DNA of 64,000 nt from Vulcanimicrobiota bacterium (GCA_963714015.1 OY970223.1:3200001-3264000), one strand, 5' to 3'. Numbered from the stretch's first letter, positions 41,902 to 54,104 are shown. Translations and numbers: made by a program. The notes: generated by a model from the letters alone, not told the origin.

Positions 41902-44686
41902 GTGAGTTGCCGCAAGGCATACCATATCGAGGTGGCACAAGCAGTCGAACGAAACGACGTTCTCAACCGGGTTCGACGCTCGCAGCCGAAACTGACGCTG
42001 CTCGTCGCGCCGGCCGGTTTCGGTAAAACGACGATGGCGCGCGCGATTGCCGCGACCTGGCCGCGCAGCGCATACTGCGACGCTTTCGGAATACACTCGC
42101 CGAGCGCACTGGCACGGCGGCTTATCGCTGCGCTTTGCGATTTGGATCCGTCGCGTGCGATAGAGCTTGGGCAAAGCACAATCGGTGCTGCGGACGATGA
42201 AGCGGTCTTGCTCGAGGCCGCTCGCAGTTCGTGGCGCTCGACGACAGCCGATCGTTCCGTCGTGGTGCTCGATCACGTGGAGGAGGCGCTGCGCGACGAC
42301 AACGTTCGCGCGTTTATCGATTCGCTCTTCGATCGGCCGCATCCGAGCCAAGATTTGATCGTCTGCAGCAGAGAGCGCCCGTCGATGCGCGCAACGCGTT
42401 TTGCTGCTCCGCACGAATCTCTGCTCATCGACGCAGACGATTTGCGATTCACCTACGATGAAATATGCAAGGCGCTTCCGCCCGGCACGTCGAGCGCAGA
42501 TTGCGCGCTCGTGGAACGCGTGACGCAAGGATGGCCTGTAGGCGTGCTGTTCATGGCGCGCGCTGCATCGGAAGAGCGCCTTGAAGATGTTGCACACCGG
42601 ATAGACCGCTATGCCCCGGCGCTGATCGAAGATTACGTCGTACAGGAGGTGCTGACTACAGCTGACGGTTTGCTCCTCGAGACATTTCTTGCTTGCGCGG
42701 CCGTTCCGGACTGCACTTCACAAGACGTGGCTTATGCGGTTGGCTCAGATCTCCCGGAAGCGGCCTCGCGCCTTGCCGCATCTCCGTTCATCGTACGGAA
42801 CGAGGGCAAAGGCGTCTTCGAGCTCCACCCGTTGTTGCGGGCGACGATTCTGCAACGATATCCGGTGGAAGTTCGCGCGCTGATTGCAAGGACCGCTGCA
42901 TCTCACCGGGAGGGCGGCAACGCGGTCAGAGCGGCGAAATTGTATCAAACCGTCGAGGACCTTGCGAAGGCCGCGGACTGCTTAGACACTCTCGACAGAC
43001 TACTTTCTCGGCTCGCCTTCGGTTGAATTGGCGCAAATCGTGGCTGCACTGAGCACCGCTTTGATGGTGTCGCATCCGTCGTTATGGAGCGCGGCGACGC
43101 TGGCGCGCGTCTACAGTATCTCCCTCCAGCAATGGCTCAACGAAGCGCGCACGGTTTGGACTCGTCTGGAAGACGACGCCGATTTCATGCTGCGAGCCGG
43201 CGTCGTCGGAGCGTATGCTAATGCAACCGGCGTGCTGGGATTCTTCGAGGAAGGCTTTTCAGCGCTGAATCGTTTTGAATCGTCTCTTGCGCCCTCCGAG
43301 CGCGGACTGGGCGAGATGATTGTGGAATTGTGGCGTACGGCATTCGCCGTTTGGCAAGGCAAACCGGCCGACGTTGACGCCGCCAGCCTGCACATCGCGC
43401 CGCTGCTGCAGTCTCCGGCAACGGATGCGCTGTGGACGTATAACGTCGCTGCACGTCACCACCGAACGCAAGGCGCGCGACATGCGGAGGCAGCGGCCCT
43501 CTCTCACGCTCGACAGGCAGCGTACGCCTCGAGCCTCCCCTTCGTCAAAGTCCTGGTATTGACGGACCTGGTGATCCATCAGTGGCTTTGGGGCGAAGAC
43601 TCGGAGCTGCCCGCAACGCTGGACGAACTGGAGCGAACGACGACGCCGCCGATCTACGAGGGCGTGCGGCATTTTCTCGCATGCTGTCGCGGTGCGGGCC
43701 GCTACGAAGCAATCGGGTTCGAAAAACCTAAGATACGCGTATTCTCATATCTCATTGCTGCGGGCTGCGCAGACGATATCGAAAATGCGCGCTGGCTGAC
43801 CGCCGCCGCAGTTGCAACCGCCGATGAAGCGCACAGCATGTTTCATCAAGCGATCGCGCGCGTCGCGGCGGCACTGGTCGTCGAAGCGCCCCAGGCGCTA
43901 CGGCTATGGGACGAAGCCGAAGCGCTCGCGGCGCAAACGGCGTCGGACGCTCTTTTAGAATCCGTGAAGAAACTTCGAGCGGGCGATCAGACGGACAGCA
44001 TGCTCAGCGCCCTTTGGCGGCGCTTCGTGGACCGGCAAATGCTCTCGCCGATATCCGTGCGAGTATTTTCGCTGCAGCTCGACAAGGAAGGTACGCCGCT
44101 CGCCGTTCAGCGCCGCGAGCTCGAACTCGCGCTCGCGCTCGCGCTACATACAGGACCGCTTACGCGCGAACGCTTGATGGAAGCGATCTGGCCCGATCAG
44201 CCGGCGGAGCATGCGCAAAACTCGCTGAAAGTGTACGTCAACCGCCTTCGACACCGTCTGGGCCACAATTCGATCGTACTCACGTCGATGGGATATGCCC
44301 TAGCACCGACCGTTATGGTCGACATCGACGAAGCGGAACGCATTCTGCGAGCCGCGCACATTCACAAGACGTCGCTCAATCGATATCAGCGCGCAACCCT
44401 GCTGCGCGCATCGCAGGCCGACGTCGAAGCTATCGAGTCGGCGATGTCCGAATGGCAGTGGTCCGCGCCGCACGTGGCGCGCATCGAGTCCGTGGCGCGC
44501 GACGCTTGTTTGACACTGTCGCGATTAGCGCTGGAATCTCAAGAGTGGCGAGAGGCGCTCAATCACGCAAATCGTCTCCTGTCGCTCGACGGCGGAGATT
44601 TGGCCGCGCGCGACGTCGCCGTGAAAGCGCGCAAGGGCATGGGCGACATGCTCGGAGCTGCTCGCGCGATGAAACAGGGCAGCTAG
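41902..44686 (+). CDS. MalT-like NTPase transcription regulator with C-terminal winged-helix/BTAD-like region; frameshift near 43000
   Basis: APAGFGKTT, DLRF, T.GWP, HPLLR; C-terminal RERL.EAIWP....NSLKVYVNRLR.RLG. Confidence 0.8.
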
Positions 44687-44782
44687 TCTTGGTCGGGCGC
44701 GACCGCGCGCATCCCGGCGGCGAAACGCGGCGGTAATGAGCAAGGGAGCGTAGGCACTGGGGCGCCGGAGCAGCATGAACAC

Positions 44783-44807
44783 CATTACTTTGTATCACAA
44801 AGTAATG
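44783..44807. promoter_or_regulatory. Perfect AT-rich palindrome, possible operator
   Basis: CATTACTTTGT-ATC-ACAAAGTAATG. Confidence 0.5.
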
Positions 44808-44999
44808 CGTCCTGACAAAAGCGTTCGACTTTGGTGCGCGGAATTGCGCCGCTGCTGGAAGTTTTTCGGCATCGACCAGCCGCTCGAATTCTTCCGTGAT
44901 TGACTTGGCTTTAAACTGCTGAACTTCCGAGGGACGCGGTCGTATGTGGGCGCCGTATGGCGTACTGTAGGTCAATACCGCAGATCCGGGCGGCTCTGG

Positions 45000-45062
45000 T
45001 TTACGAACCCCGCCGACGGTTAATCGCTAACGCGCGATTTTAAATCGCGCCTGTCTGCCGCG
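45000..45062 (-). pseudogene. Degenerate tRNA-Leu(UAA)-like remnant
   Basis: Minus strand GGCAGACA-GGCGCGATTTAAAATCGCGC...GGGGTTCG mimics the D-arm end, UAA anticodon arm and T-loop; no acceptor stem seen. Confidence 0.4.
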
Positions 45063-45235
45063 CGACCAAGGTAATGAACGCCAGTATGCGCGCAGTACTA
45101 ACCGGTGCGCAATAGCACCTTCGTGCGGAAAAAACACTTAGTCACCAACGCTGCCCGCAATTATTTCGCCGTTGTCATCCGTTGCGTTCCGTCGCGCGTT
45201 CCATCACTGCCTTTGGGCAAGGAGGTAAGCTACCA

Positions 45236-46411
45236 ATGCGATCCAGACATATTCTCACGCCGGCAACGATTGCCCTCATTTCTTTGACTGCGTGCGCGGG
45301 CGGCATAAATTCAGCGGCGCCCACCGTACCCTCAACCGCAAACTCGAGTGCCGGATCGTCGTTTGCATCGACTGCTTTTTCAACCGGAGACGTGTTCACG
45401 ATGTCGAACGCGGCGAGCGGAAATGCCATTCTGCGTTTTCACCGCGGCTCGGACGGACATTTGTCGCCGGCCGGTTCTGTCTCGACGGGCGGATCGGGTT
45501 CCGGCAGCGGACTCAACGGCGCCTCGGATACCGTAAAGTACGGGCTGTTCGGCATGATGCTGTTCGCATCGGACGCCGGCAGTAACGATATCGTATCCGT
45601 CGAGGTCGGTGCTACCGGAATGAAGGTGCTCGATAAAGTCTCTTCGTTCGGCACTACACCCGCGAGTTTGGCGATCCGCAACAACTTGATTTACGTGCTC
45701 AATATCGGATCGAATACGATAACGGGCTTTACGGTTGACTCGAGCGGTAAGATGACGCACCTCGCCGGTTCGACCGTTTCACTGAGCGGCTCTCCGTCGG
45801 ACGATCCCGTCGACTTACACTTCGGGCCTGACGGGTCGACGCTGATAGCGACGCAAAAACTCTCAAATGTGATCGACGTGTTCACGGTCGATTCGCACGG
45901 CATCCCTCACGGTCCGGCCGCGCACACCTCGGAAGGCCTGGAGCCGTTTGGATTCGCGGTGACGGGGAACGGCCACGTCCTGATTTCGGAGGCATTCGGG
46001 GGCGCACCACACATGGCGGCGGTGTCTTCGTACGCGATCGCTTCGAACGGCGGGCTGACCGAAATCAGTGAGTCGGTGCGCAATCACCAGACCGCATCGT
46101 GCTGGCTCGAGCTCTCGCGCGACCAACAGTTTGCGTACACGGCGAATACCGGAAGCGGCAATGTGTCGGGCTATCGAGTCGCCGATAACGGTACCGTGTC
46201 GCTGCTGAACAAGAGCGGAATCGCGGGAACCGACGGAACCGGATCGGCGCCGATCGACCTGGGAATCAGCGGAGACGACCGTTTTGCTTACGTTCTCGCG
46301 AGCGGGACGCACGTCATCGATGAGTTCCGGCGGAATTCCGACGGAACGCTGGCGAGAATCGGAAAAGTATCCGGCCTCCCGGCATTCGCGATTGGCCTAT
46401 CGCTGCGGTAA
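45236..46411 (+). CDS. Lactonase-family (Pgl-like) beta-propeller lipoprotein
   Basis: AGGAGG SD; lipobox LTAC; V.TMSNA..GNAI..F, TGG.G, CW...S.D..FAYTANTGS. Confidence 0.85.
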   Translation: MRSRHILTPATIALISLTACAGGINSAAPTVPSTANSSAGSSFASTAFSTGDVFTMSNAASGNAILRFHRGSDGHLSPAGSVSTGGSGSGSGLNGASDTVKYGLFGMMLFASDAGSNDIVSVEVGATGMKVLDKVSSFGTTPASLAIRNNLIYVLNIGSNTITGFTVDSSGKMTHLAGSTVSLSGSPSDDPVDLHFGPDGSTLIATQKLSNVIDVFTVDSHGIPHGPAAHTSEGLEPFGFAVTGNGHVLISEAFGGAPHMAAVSSYAIASNGGLTEISESVRNHQTASCWLELSRDQQFAYTANTGSGNVSGYRVADNGTVSLLNKSGIAGTDGTGSAPIDLGISGDDRFAYVLASGTHVIDEFRRNSDGTLARIGKVSGLPAFAIGLSLR

Positions 46412-46519
46412 CCGGCTCACACGCGCACGATGGAATCGGGTTGTACCTGTGAACTTCAAAGGACTTTGCGCTTTACGCGACATCAGCGACGCCGGATCGG
46501 GCTCTGGTGAGCGAACTCG

Positions 46520-47533
46520 TTAGGGATATCCGCGGCGCACTCGCTCCAAAATCGCGCGTTGAGCCGGTGGAATCGCGCTAGCGTCGGCAGTCTCGCTGGG
46601 ACGAATCGCGTCGCGGTGCGTGTCGATGATGAGGCCGATCGACTCCGCAAGAGCGCGCGTGTCGTAACCGCCCTCTAAAACGTACGCGATTCGTCCTTCG
46701 CAATACGTCGCCGCAGCGTCGCGCAAAACGTTGGCCAAGTGCGCTGCGGCGAAGACGTCCACGCCCAAGTCGCCGACCGGATCGCCCGTGACGTAGTCGA
46801 AGCCCGCGCTTACGACGATCATCGCCGGCCGGAGGCGTTGCATTACGAGCGGAAGTGCGCGCGTCCAAAGCGCGACGAACGCTTCCGTCCCAAAGTGGTG
46901 CGGCGGAAGCGGAATATTTACGACCGCCGCATTTTGCGGCAGGGCGTAGTTTTCGCTTATGCCGCCGCTTCCCGGATAAGCGGGAAAAGCGTGCGTAGAC
47001 ATGTACGAAAGTCCCTCGCCGCTAACGGCCTGCGTGCCGTTTCCGTGATGGTAATCGAAGTCGGCGATCAACACCGACGCGCCGGTTCGATCTTGCACTG
47101 CGCGCGCCGCAATGGCGGCATTGTTGAACAAGCAAAAACCCATGCCGCGTGCAGGTTCGGCGTGATGCCCGGGCGGACGCACGATTGCAAAACTCGCCGT
47201 CTTGCGCTCGTACGACGCTTGCGCGGCGACGATTGCACCACCGGCGGCGCGAACCGCAACGGCCGGGGAGCCTTCGTCCAGCACGACGTCGCCCGTTGAA
47301 AGGTATCCCGCGCGGCCCCGAAGGGCTGCAGCTTCGGTCCGAACCAGATTCAGATAGCCTTCGCTGTGGACTCGCTCGATCTCGGCGGCCGTAGCGTCGC
47401 GAGCAGCAAGGGCGTCTTGAAGATCGCCCCGTTTGCGTAAGAATGCGGCGACCGCCTCGACGCGGTCCGGAGATTCCGGATGAGCTATCCCGCGCAGGTG
47501 GTCGCCGTAGATCTCGTCATAGACGAGCAGCAT
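46520..47533 (-). CDS. Zn-dependent histone-deacetylase-family amidohydrolase
   Basis: HPE.P.R, RPPGHHA, GFC.FNN, DFDYHHGNGTQ, SAGFD, LEGGY. Confidence 0.93.
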   Translation of the reverse strand: MLLVYDEIYGDHLRGIAHPESPDRVEAVAAFLRKRGDLQDALAARDATAAEIERVHSEGYLNLVRTEAAALRGRAGYLSTGDVVLDEGSPAVAVRAAGGAIVAAQASYERKTASFAIVRPPGHHAEPARGMGFCLFNNAAIAARAVQDRTGASVLIADFDYHHGNGTQAVSGEGLSYMSTHAFPAYPGSGGISENYALPQNAAVVNIPLPPHHFGTEAFVALWTRALPLVMQRLRPAMIVVSAGFDYVTGDPVGDLGVDVFAAAHLANVLRDAAATYCEGRIAYVLEGGYDTRALAESIGLIIDTHRDAIRPSETADASAIPPAQRAILERVRRGYP

Positions 47534-47536
47534 GGA

Positions 47537-49064
47537 TTACGAGCGTTTCGTCTTCTTCGTATTCGCCGGCTTGGCGTTCAGATCGGCAATCTCCGTCTGA
47601 ACCTGTTTGTACTGCGTCGTGCCGGGCTTGAGCATCTTCAGCAGGCGCTTATAGGCGTCGAGCGCCTTGCTCTTCTGGTTGTTGTGAGCGAACGAGTAGC
47701 CCATCATATACAGCATCTGCGGATTGTGATCCATGTATGGCCGCGCCTGCGTGTCGATGATACCGAAGATCTGCGAGGCTTCCTTGTAATTCTTCAGGCT
47801 GAAGTCCGATCCGGCGATGCAAGCCAGCGAATCGGGCGAGTGAGCGATCTGAAACGATTTGGCGCACGCGTCGCGCGCCTGACCGTAGTCGTGCAACTGA
47901 ATATAGCCTTGTCCGAGCAGACCGAACGTCTGCGCACTGGGTGCGACGCCGCTGAGTTGTCTGAGGTAGCTCACGGCGTCGCTGATGCGGCCCTGACCTT
48001 CCTTCAGCTGGGCCATGTCGAAGAGCGCGTTCACGTCGTTCTTGTCTACTTGAAGCGCAGCCTGAAATTGCTGTTCGGCGCGGCGCTGGTCGTGCTGACC
48101 CATGAAGTACTCGCCGTAGGCAACGTGCAGTGAAGAGACGGCCGGATATTTGGAGATTGCGTCGTCGAACGTGGCCTGCGCCTGCGGCTGCTGATGGGCT
48201 TGTGAGTACATCAGCGCCTTCTGCACCAAGACCTGTGCCTTGTCGGCGTCGCTGGATGCCGCGGCCGCTGCGTCGTCGTAAGCCGAAGCTGATTGAGCAA
48301 TGTTGTTCTGTTTGGCAAAAAGACCGGCTCGGAAGAGCAGCACCTGCACGTTCTTGGGATCGACTGCCAGCGCACGATCGACGACCGTCAACGCGTTGGG
48401 AATCGTGTTTTGCGCAACCCACGTTTGCGCTTCTTGGATCAGCGGCGCGACGTCTTTGGGATTCAGCGCGTACGCCTGCTCGAACTGTTTGCGCGCATCG
48501 TCCCACTTCTCTTCGGCGGCCAGCACCGTTCCCAAGGTGACGTACGCCTGCGGATCGCTCTTGTTGAAGGTTACGGCGCGATTTGCAATGCGCTCGGCAT
48601 CAGAGAAGCGATTCGCCCGAGCGTAGAGACTGGCCAGCGACGAAAGAACCGAGAGATTCGTCGGCTCGAGATTGCTGGCTTGCTCGAGATCGCCGATTGC
48701 GGCTTGCACGTTGTTGAGCGACTCTTCAGATGAGGCGTCCAGATAATAAACCTGGGCGGTCTTGGTGCCTAACTGGAGCAGACGCTGAGTGAGGTTGACG
48801 GCCGCTTCGGGATGGCCGATGACCAAGAACTCTTGAGCTCAGGCCGAGCATGGCATCCCGGTCGCCGGGATTGGCTTTGAGGCGTGCTTCGAGGCGCGGA
48901 ATCGCCACGTCCGGCGGCTCCGGCGAGGCGGTCGGCATCGGAAGCGGCGTAGGCGAGGCCGTGGGCGCCGGCGTCGGTTTAGCAGTGGCCGCGAGGGGGT
49001 TCGCAGCGTAGGCTAGGCCGCAGATGCCGAATAGAATTGAAGCAATTAGTACAAAACGTCTCAA
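47537..49064 (-). CDS. Exported TPR-repeat protein; frameshift near 48840
   Basis: Signal peptide and Pro linker in ORF 48726-49064; TPR repeats in ORF 47537-48826. Confidence 0.85.
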
Positions 49065-49110
49065 AGCTCTTGTCCTTTGAATAGTATCAACGCGCGAGAG
49101 GCCCGGATTA

Positions 49111-50094
49111 TTACGCGTGCGTCCTCGCGCCTTGGATCATGTTGGTCAACTCGGGAACGATCTGGAAAAGGTCACCGACGACCATCAGATCCGCAAATTC
49201 CGCTATCGGCACCGTGCCGTCGCGATTGATCGCCACGATCGTGCCCGCCGTTTGCATGCCGACTTTGTGCTGAATCGCGCCGGAAATGCCGACCGCGATG
49301 TACAGCTGAGGACTGACGATTTTGCCCGTCTGACCGATTTGAAGGCTGTACGGCACCCACCCGGCGTCCGCGGCAGCTCGTGAAGCGCCGACGGCGCCGC
49401 CAAGCGCGTCGGCAAGCGGTTTGAGCAGCGTCGTAAAGGGCTCCGGTCCGCCCAGTCCTCTGCCGCCGCTGATGACGACCGTGGCCTCTTCCAGGCCCAG
49501 CTCGCCGGTGGCTTCTTCGACCTCGTCCTCGATAACGAGGGCGTACGTTTTGCCCGCCGGTTTCTCCAGCATGCGAACCTCGGCGCCGGCTCCGCCCGGC
49601 TCGGTCGAAAACGCGTTCGGCCGAACTGTCACTACACCGTACTCCGTATTTTTGAAACCGCACGCAGTGATTGTCGAACCTTGAAGCTTCGGCGCTACGC
49701 TGACCGCTTTACCGCCCTCGAATTTGAAATCCGTCACATCCGAGGAAAGACCCGCTTCCAGACGCGCCGTAATCCGGCCGGCGACGTCGCGGCCTTGCAT
49801 CGTGTTGGGAACCAGAATCAGCGACGGCCCGACGGATCGCGCGACAGCTTCCAAATAATCGACCATAGGATCCAGCAAGAACTTGTCGACGTCGGCATCT
49901 TCGCTGACGTGGATGACCTCCAGCGGATAGTTCTTCAGCTGTTCGGCGAGAGCGGCGGCTCCGGCACCGACGACGACCCCATGGGCTTTTCCACCAAGGG
50001 CATCGGCAATTTTGCGCGCTTCGGTTGCGAGCTCGTACGTAACCTTGCGCGTTTGACCGCCTTTTTGCTCTACGAAAACGATGACGTTTTGCAT
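49111..50094 (-). CDS. etfA: Electron transfer flavoprotein alpha subunit
   Basis: SGGRG, VGASRAA.DAGW, QIGQTGK.V.P.LYIA.GISGAIQH.VGM. Confidence 0.95.
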   Translation of the reverse strand: MQNVIVFVEQKGGQTRKVTYELATEARKIADALGGKAHGVVVGAGAAALAEQLKNYPLEVIHVSEDADVDKFLLDPMVDYLEAVARSVGPSLILVPNTMQGRDVAGRITARLEAGLSSDVTDFKFEGGKAVSVAPKLQGSTITACGFKNTEYGVVTVRPNAFSTEPGGAGAEVRMLEKPAGKTYALVIEDEVEEATGELGLEEATVVISGGRGLGGPEPFTTLLKPLADALGGAVGASRAAADAGWVPYSLQIGQTGKIVSPQLYIAVGISGAIQHKVGMQTAGTIVAINRDGTVPIAEFADLMVVGDLFQIVPELTNMIQGARTHA

Positions 50095-50885
50095 CAAATG
50101 AGTTTTTTCTCTCGCAGGAAGTCGAAGACGGCTTTAGCGCCGGCTGCAGGGTCGGATGCATCGATGACGCGAGCTTTTTCACGCGGTTTGGGTGCGGAGA
50201 TCTCGAGGACTTCCGTCTTTGCGCCGTCGCTGCCGACGGCACGATCCAACGCCAAATCGCCAATCGTCATCGGCGCGATCGTCTTTTTCTTGGCACCCAT
50301 GATGCCTTTGAGCGACGCATAACGGGGTTCGCCCACCGCCATCGTTACGGTAATCAGCGCGGGCAGCGGGCCCGTAATGACTTGATAGCCTGAGTCGGTT
50401 TCGCGCTGCGCGCGAATCTTGCCGTCGGCCGCCGCTTCGATTTTGCGTACGTTCGTCAGAGCCGGTACGCCCAAGTACTCGGCGAGCGCCCCCGGCACGC
50501 CGCCGGTATTACCGTCGTCCGCGAGACCCCCTGCGATGATGAGATCGAATCCCGTTTTCTTTAGAGCCTGCGCCATTGCGTACGAGGTAGCCCAGACGTC
50601 ACTGCCCTCGAGGCCTGCATCGCTGAGCATGACCGCATCATCCGCTCCCATAGCCAGGGCTCTGCGCACGCTTTCCTTGCCCGTCTCCGGCGCCATGGTG
50701 AAAACGGTAACTGTCGTGCCCTCACCGGCCTTCTCCTTAAGCTGCAGTGCCGCTTCGATAGCGTATTCGTCGAAAGGATTGAGCACGGTTTCCAAACCGC
50801 TTCGGACGAGGCGCTTGGTCACCGGATCGATGCGCTTGACGGCATTCGTATCCGGCACCAATTTCACGGTCACCACGATCTTCAC
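50094..50885 (-). CDS. etfB: Electron transfer flavoprotein beta subunit
   Basis: MKIVV.VK.VPD, NPFDEYAIEAAL, RALAMGAD, EPRYASL.GIM.AKKK. Confidence 0.95.
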   Translation of the reverse strand: MKIVVTVKLVPDTNAVKRIDPVTKRLVRSGLETVLNPFDEYAIEAALQLKEKAGEGTTVTVFTMAPETGKESVRRALAMGADDAVMLSDAGLEGSDVWATSYAMAQALKKTGFDLIIAGGLADDGNTGGVPGALAEYLGVPALTNVRKIEAAADGKIRAQRETDSGYQVITGPLPALITVTMAVGEPRYASLKGIMGAKKKTIAPMTIGDLALDRAVGSDGAKTEVLEISAPKPREKARVIDASDPAAGAKAVFDFLREKKLI

Positions 50886-51040
50886 GTGGGGTCAGACCTC
50901 CAAGAATGGCTTCGGGGCTTAAACAAGGAGCGTCCCACGAGTGCGATGCACTGTGGGCGCTTTGCAACCCGGTGTGATTGCCCCAGCGGCAGCTTCACCC
51001 CTGCCGGAACGAGCCCCAATTGCGGGGGCGCTGAGTGTGT

Positions 51041-51262
51041 CTAGAGGTGCTCGTCCTGCTCCGCGCGGTGCGCGCTCGCTTGGTCATCCCGGTTTGGGTC
51101 CATGTCCGTGTCGCCGTAGACGGCAGTGCCACGCTCACGCGGCGGATAGGGATCGATCTCATGCATCACGCCGGGACCGGCGCGGCGCTCGATCTCGGTA
51201 TCCTTCTGCTCGTCTTCCAGTTCGTCTTGAGGTGCGCCGTCTTCGAATCGGTCGCGTTCCAT
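51041..51262 (-). CDS. Small acidic hydrophilic protein
   Basis: 73 aa, D/E-rich; GGAGG SD; TAAATG junction with corrected HAD gene. Confidence 0.6.
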   Translation of the reverse strand: MERDRFEDGAPQDELEDEQKDTEIERRAGPGVMHEIDPYPPRERGTAVYGDTDMDPNRDDQASAHRAEQDEHL

Positions 51263-51929
51263 TTATCGGACCTCCACGCCGGTCTCATGCAAATGCTGCA
51301 ACAGCTGGGCCGGATCGGAGAAAACTCGGTACGCGCCCGCTGCCGTCAGACTCGCTTTCCGCATACCCTCCGGTGAGCAAACCAACACCTAGAAAATGCG
51401 CGCGGCGCGCTGCGAGCATGTCCCAAACACTGTCGCCGACCACTATGGCCTCCTCCGGTCGCGCCTGCAATTTCTCGGCCGCGGCCAAAAAAAGCGACGG
51501 ATCGGGTTTCGGCTTTCCGGTCACTTCGCGCGTGATCACCGGAACGCCGGCGCGTAAATGCAGCGCTTCCACCAGTGCGTCCGTGTCCTGACGACTGCCC
51601 GTCGACGCGATGCCATACTTTACACCGCCGTCTTCCAACGCCGCCAGTAATTCCGGCACTCGAGCAAAGACTTGAATGCTCGAGCGGATCTTTGCGAACT
51701 CTTCGCCGTGAATTTTCTCCAACCGCTTGCACGTCGACTCGTCGAGATCTTGCTGTACTTCGATCGAAAGGGCGCGCATAAGGAGTCCACCGCTCATGCC
51801 GATCTTCCGGTGAATCCGCCACATCGGCAAATCGAGAGCCATCCGGTGCAGCGCGGTGTGCCATGCAGAGACATGCTGATACACGCTGTCGACCAGCGTT
51901 CCATCGAGATCGAAGATGAAAGCCGGCAC
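51263..51929 (-). CDS. HAD-family hydrolase; frameshift near 51350
   Basis: FDLDGTLVDS, KPKPDP.LF, VGDS.WD; corrected C-terminus ELTAAGAYRVF.DP. Confidence 0.9.
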
Positions 51930-51930
51930 G

Positions 51931-52128
51931 CTATTGCGGGCCGCTCTTCTCATTCATGCCGAATTTGTCGTCCTTCATCGCACGGTCCGCTTCTTGAGAA
52001 TCGACATCGGAATCCAGGTGAAGATCGTTCTCCGCCTCGTCCCTCACGGCGCCTCGCGCTTTGGATTCGTTTTCAGTAAGTTCGTCTTGGAAGATTTCGC
52101 CGCTGCGATCGCGTTGCAATTTGTCCAT
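51931..52128 (-). CDS. Small acidic hydrophilic protein
   Basis: 65 aa MDKLQRDRSGEIFQDEL...; ends immediately before the HAD start. Confidence 0.55.
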   Translation of the reverse strand: MDKLQRDRSGEIFQDELTENESKARGAVRDEAENDLHLDSDVDSQEADRAMKDDKFGMNEKSGPQ

Positions 52129-52198
52129 GCCTGCGTTGTACCCCGCCCGCTCGCATGACCGGAAGCAACCGGCGGACCGGATGCAGAACACGGCTCTC

Positions 52199-54104
52199 AT
52201 GAAAAACGCTTTGTTGACAGCAGTAATGGCAGCGGCGTGCGCGGTGCTCCCGGCCACTTCCTCGGCACAGGACGAGCCGAACGCGAATGCGGCCTCGCTC
52301 GCGACGCAGGCCAATCCGATGACGCTCGTATTGGACGCGCGCGAAGCCGGCCGCGGCATCATGTATTCGCACATGGTCATCCCGGCTAAGCCGGGCACTT
52401 TTACGATTGTCTACCCGAAATGGATTCCGGGTGAGCACGGCCCGACCGGACCCTTGAACGATCTGACGATGCTTCGCGTCACTGCGGGCGGACGCGACCT
52501 GAGCTGGCAGCGCGACAAGGTGGATCTCTATGCGTTTCACGTTGACGTACCGAGCGACGTCAACGCCATCGACGTCGACTTCAGCGTCATATTAAACGGC
52601 GGGAGCGGCGACACGATGGCGACGCGCAACCTTGCCGTCGTAAACTGGAACCGCGACATTCTTTACCAGAGCGACATCGACTCGCGGGAATACTACGTCA
52701 AACCGAGTATCATCTTGCCGCGCGGATGGAGCTACGGTTCGGCGCTGATGGGAGCGAAGCAAACCGGCGATCGCGTCGACTTTGCTACGACGACTCTCGA
52801 GATGTTCATCGACTCGCCGCTCGACATGGGACGCTTCTACAAGCACATCGTTTTGTGGCAAGGTCAAGGAACCGCGCAATGGCTCGACGTTTTCGCCGAC
52901 AAACCGCAGGATCTCGATTTTACGCCGGGGCTCATCGGCCACTACAAGCAGATGGCGCCGCAAGCGTTCAAACTATACGGCTCAAGGCATTGGTATTGGT
53001 ATCACGCACTGCTCACGCTGAGCGACGCCCTGGGCTTTCAAGGCATCGAACACCATCAGAGCAGCGACAATCGCGCCGACGACAGACTTCATGACCAACC
53101 CCACCGAGCAGCTCTCCGGTGGAGACCTGGTAACGCACGAGTTCTCGCATTCGTGGAACGGTAAATACCGCCGGCCATACGATCTGCAGCAGCCCAACTT
53201 CCAAATTCCCGAACGCACCGACTTGCTCTGGGTCTATGAAGGAATGAATCAATACTTGGGCGATCTGCTCTCGTTCCGCACGCAGATCCGCGAGCCGAAG
53301 AAGTATCCCGAGTACCTCGCGAGCATTTGGGCGCAAATGGACACCGAAACGGGGCGGGCGACGACGCCAATCATCGACCTGACGACGGGAGCGCCGTATT
53401 ACTACGTCGGCGCACGCGGTCAATATGGATCGATGCGCCGCAACGCGGGCGATTTCTATACCGAAGGCGAGCTGATCTGGCTGGACGTCGACACAATCAT
53501 CCGGGAGCAGACGGGCGGAAAGGAGTCACTCGACGACTTTCTCCATCTTTACAGCGCGCCTGCTTTCACGCCGCCCATGGTCAAGACGTACACGCGTGAA
53601 GACATCGAAAGCCTGCTCAACCAAGTTACTCCGTACGATTGGCACGGGTTTTTCCAACGCTGGGTCTATTCGGTCGCACCGCATCCTCCGTCAAACGACC
53701 TCGCGCGCGCCGGTTGGCGCTTCGTCTACACCGACAAGCCGAACGAGTTCGACGAAGCGAGTCAAGATCTGAATAAGTTCATCGAAGACTGGTATTCGAT
53801 CGGAATCAATCCTGGAAGCGACGGCGGCATCGGCGACGTTCGCCTCGGCTCGGCGGCTTGGAAAGCCGGGCTTTCAGCGGGAATGAAAATCGTCGCGGTC
53901 GACGGTCAGGAGTTCAGCGGCGAAACATTGCAATGGGCGATCAAGAACGCGCAGCATTCGAGTGAGCCGATTACACTGCTTGTCTCGCAGAACGGCTTCT
54001 ACAACACACTCAGTCTGAACTATCACGGCGGGCTCAAATACCCCCACCTCGTGCGCATTCCGGGCAAACCGGATATGCTGGCCAAGGTCATGGCGCCGCA
54101 CTGA
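52199..54104 (+). CDS. M61 glycyl aminopeptidase with PDZ domain; frameshift near 53085
   Basis: PKWIPG, DSP, GIEH..S, HEFSHSWNGK, LLWVYEG, PDZ (AWKAGL.AGM.IVAVDG). Confidence 0.92.

Noticed and set aside
46520..47533. HDAC-family enzyme acting on the histone-like proteins
   Set aside because: Not adjacent, and bacterial HDAC-family enzymes are common with diverse substrates; no sequence evidence of a link.
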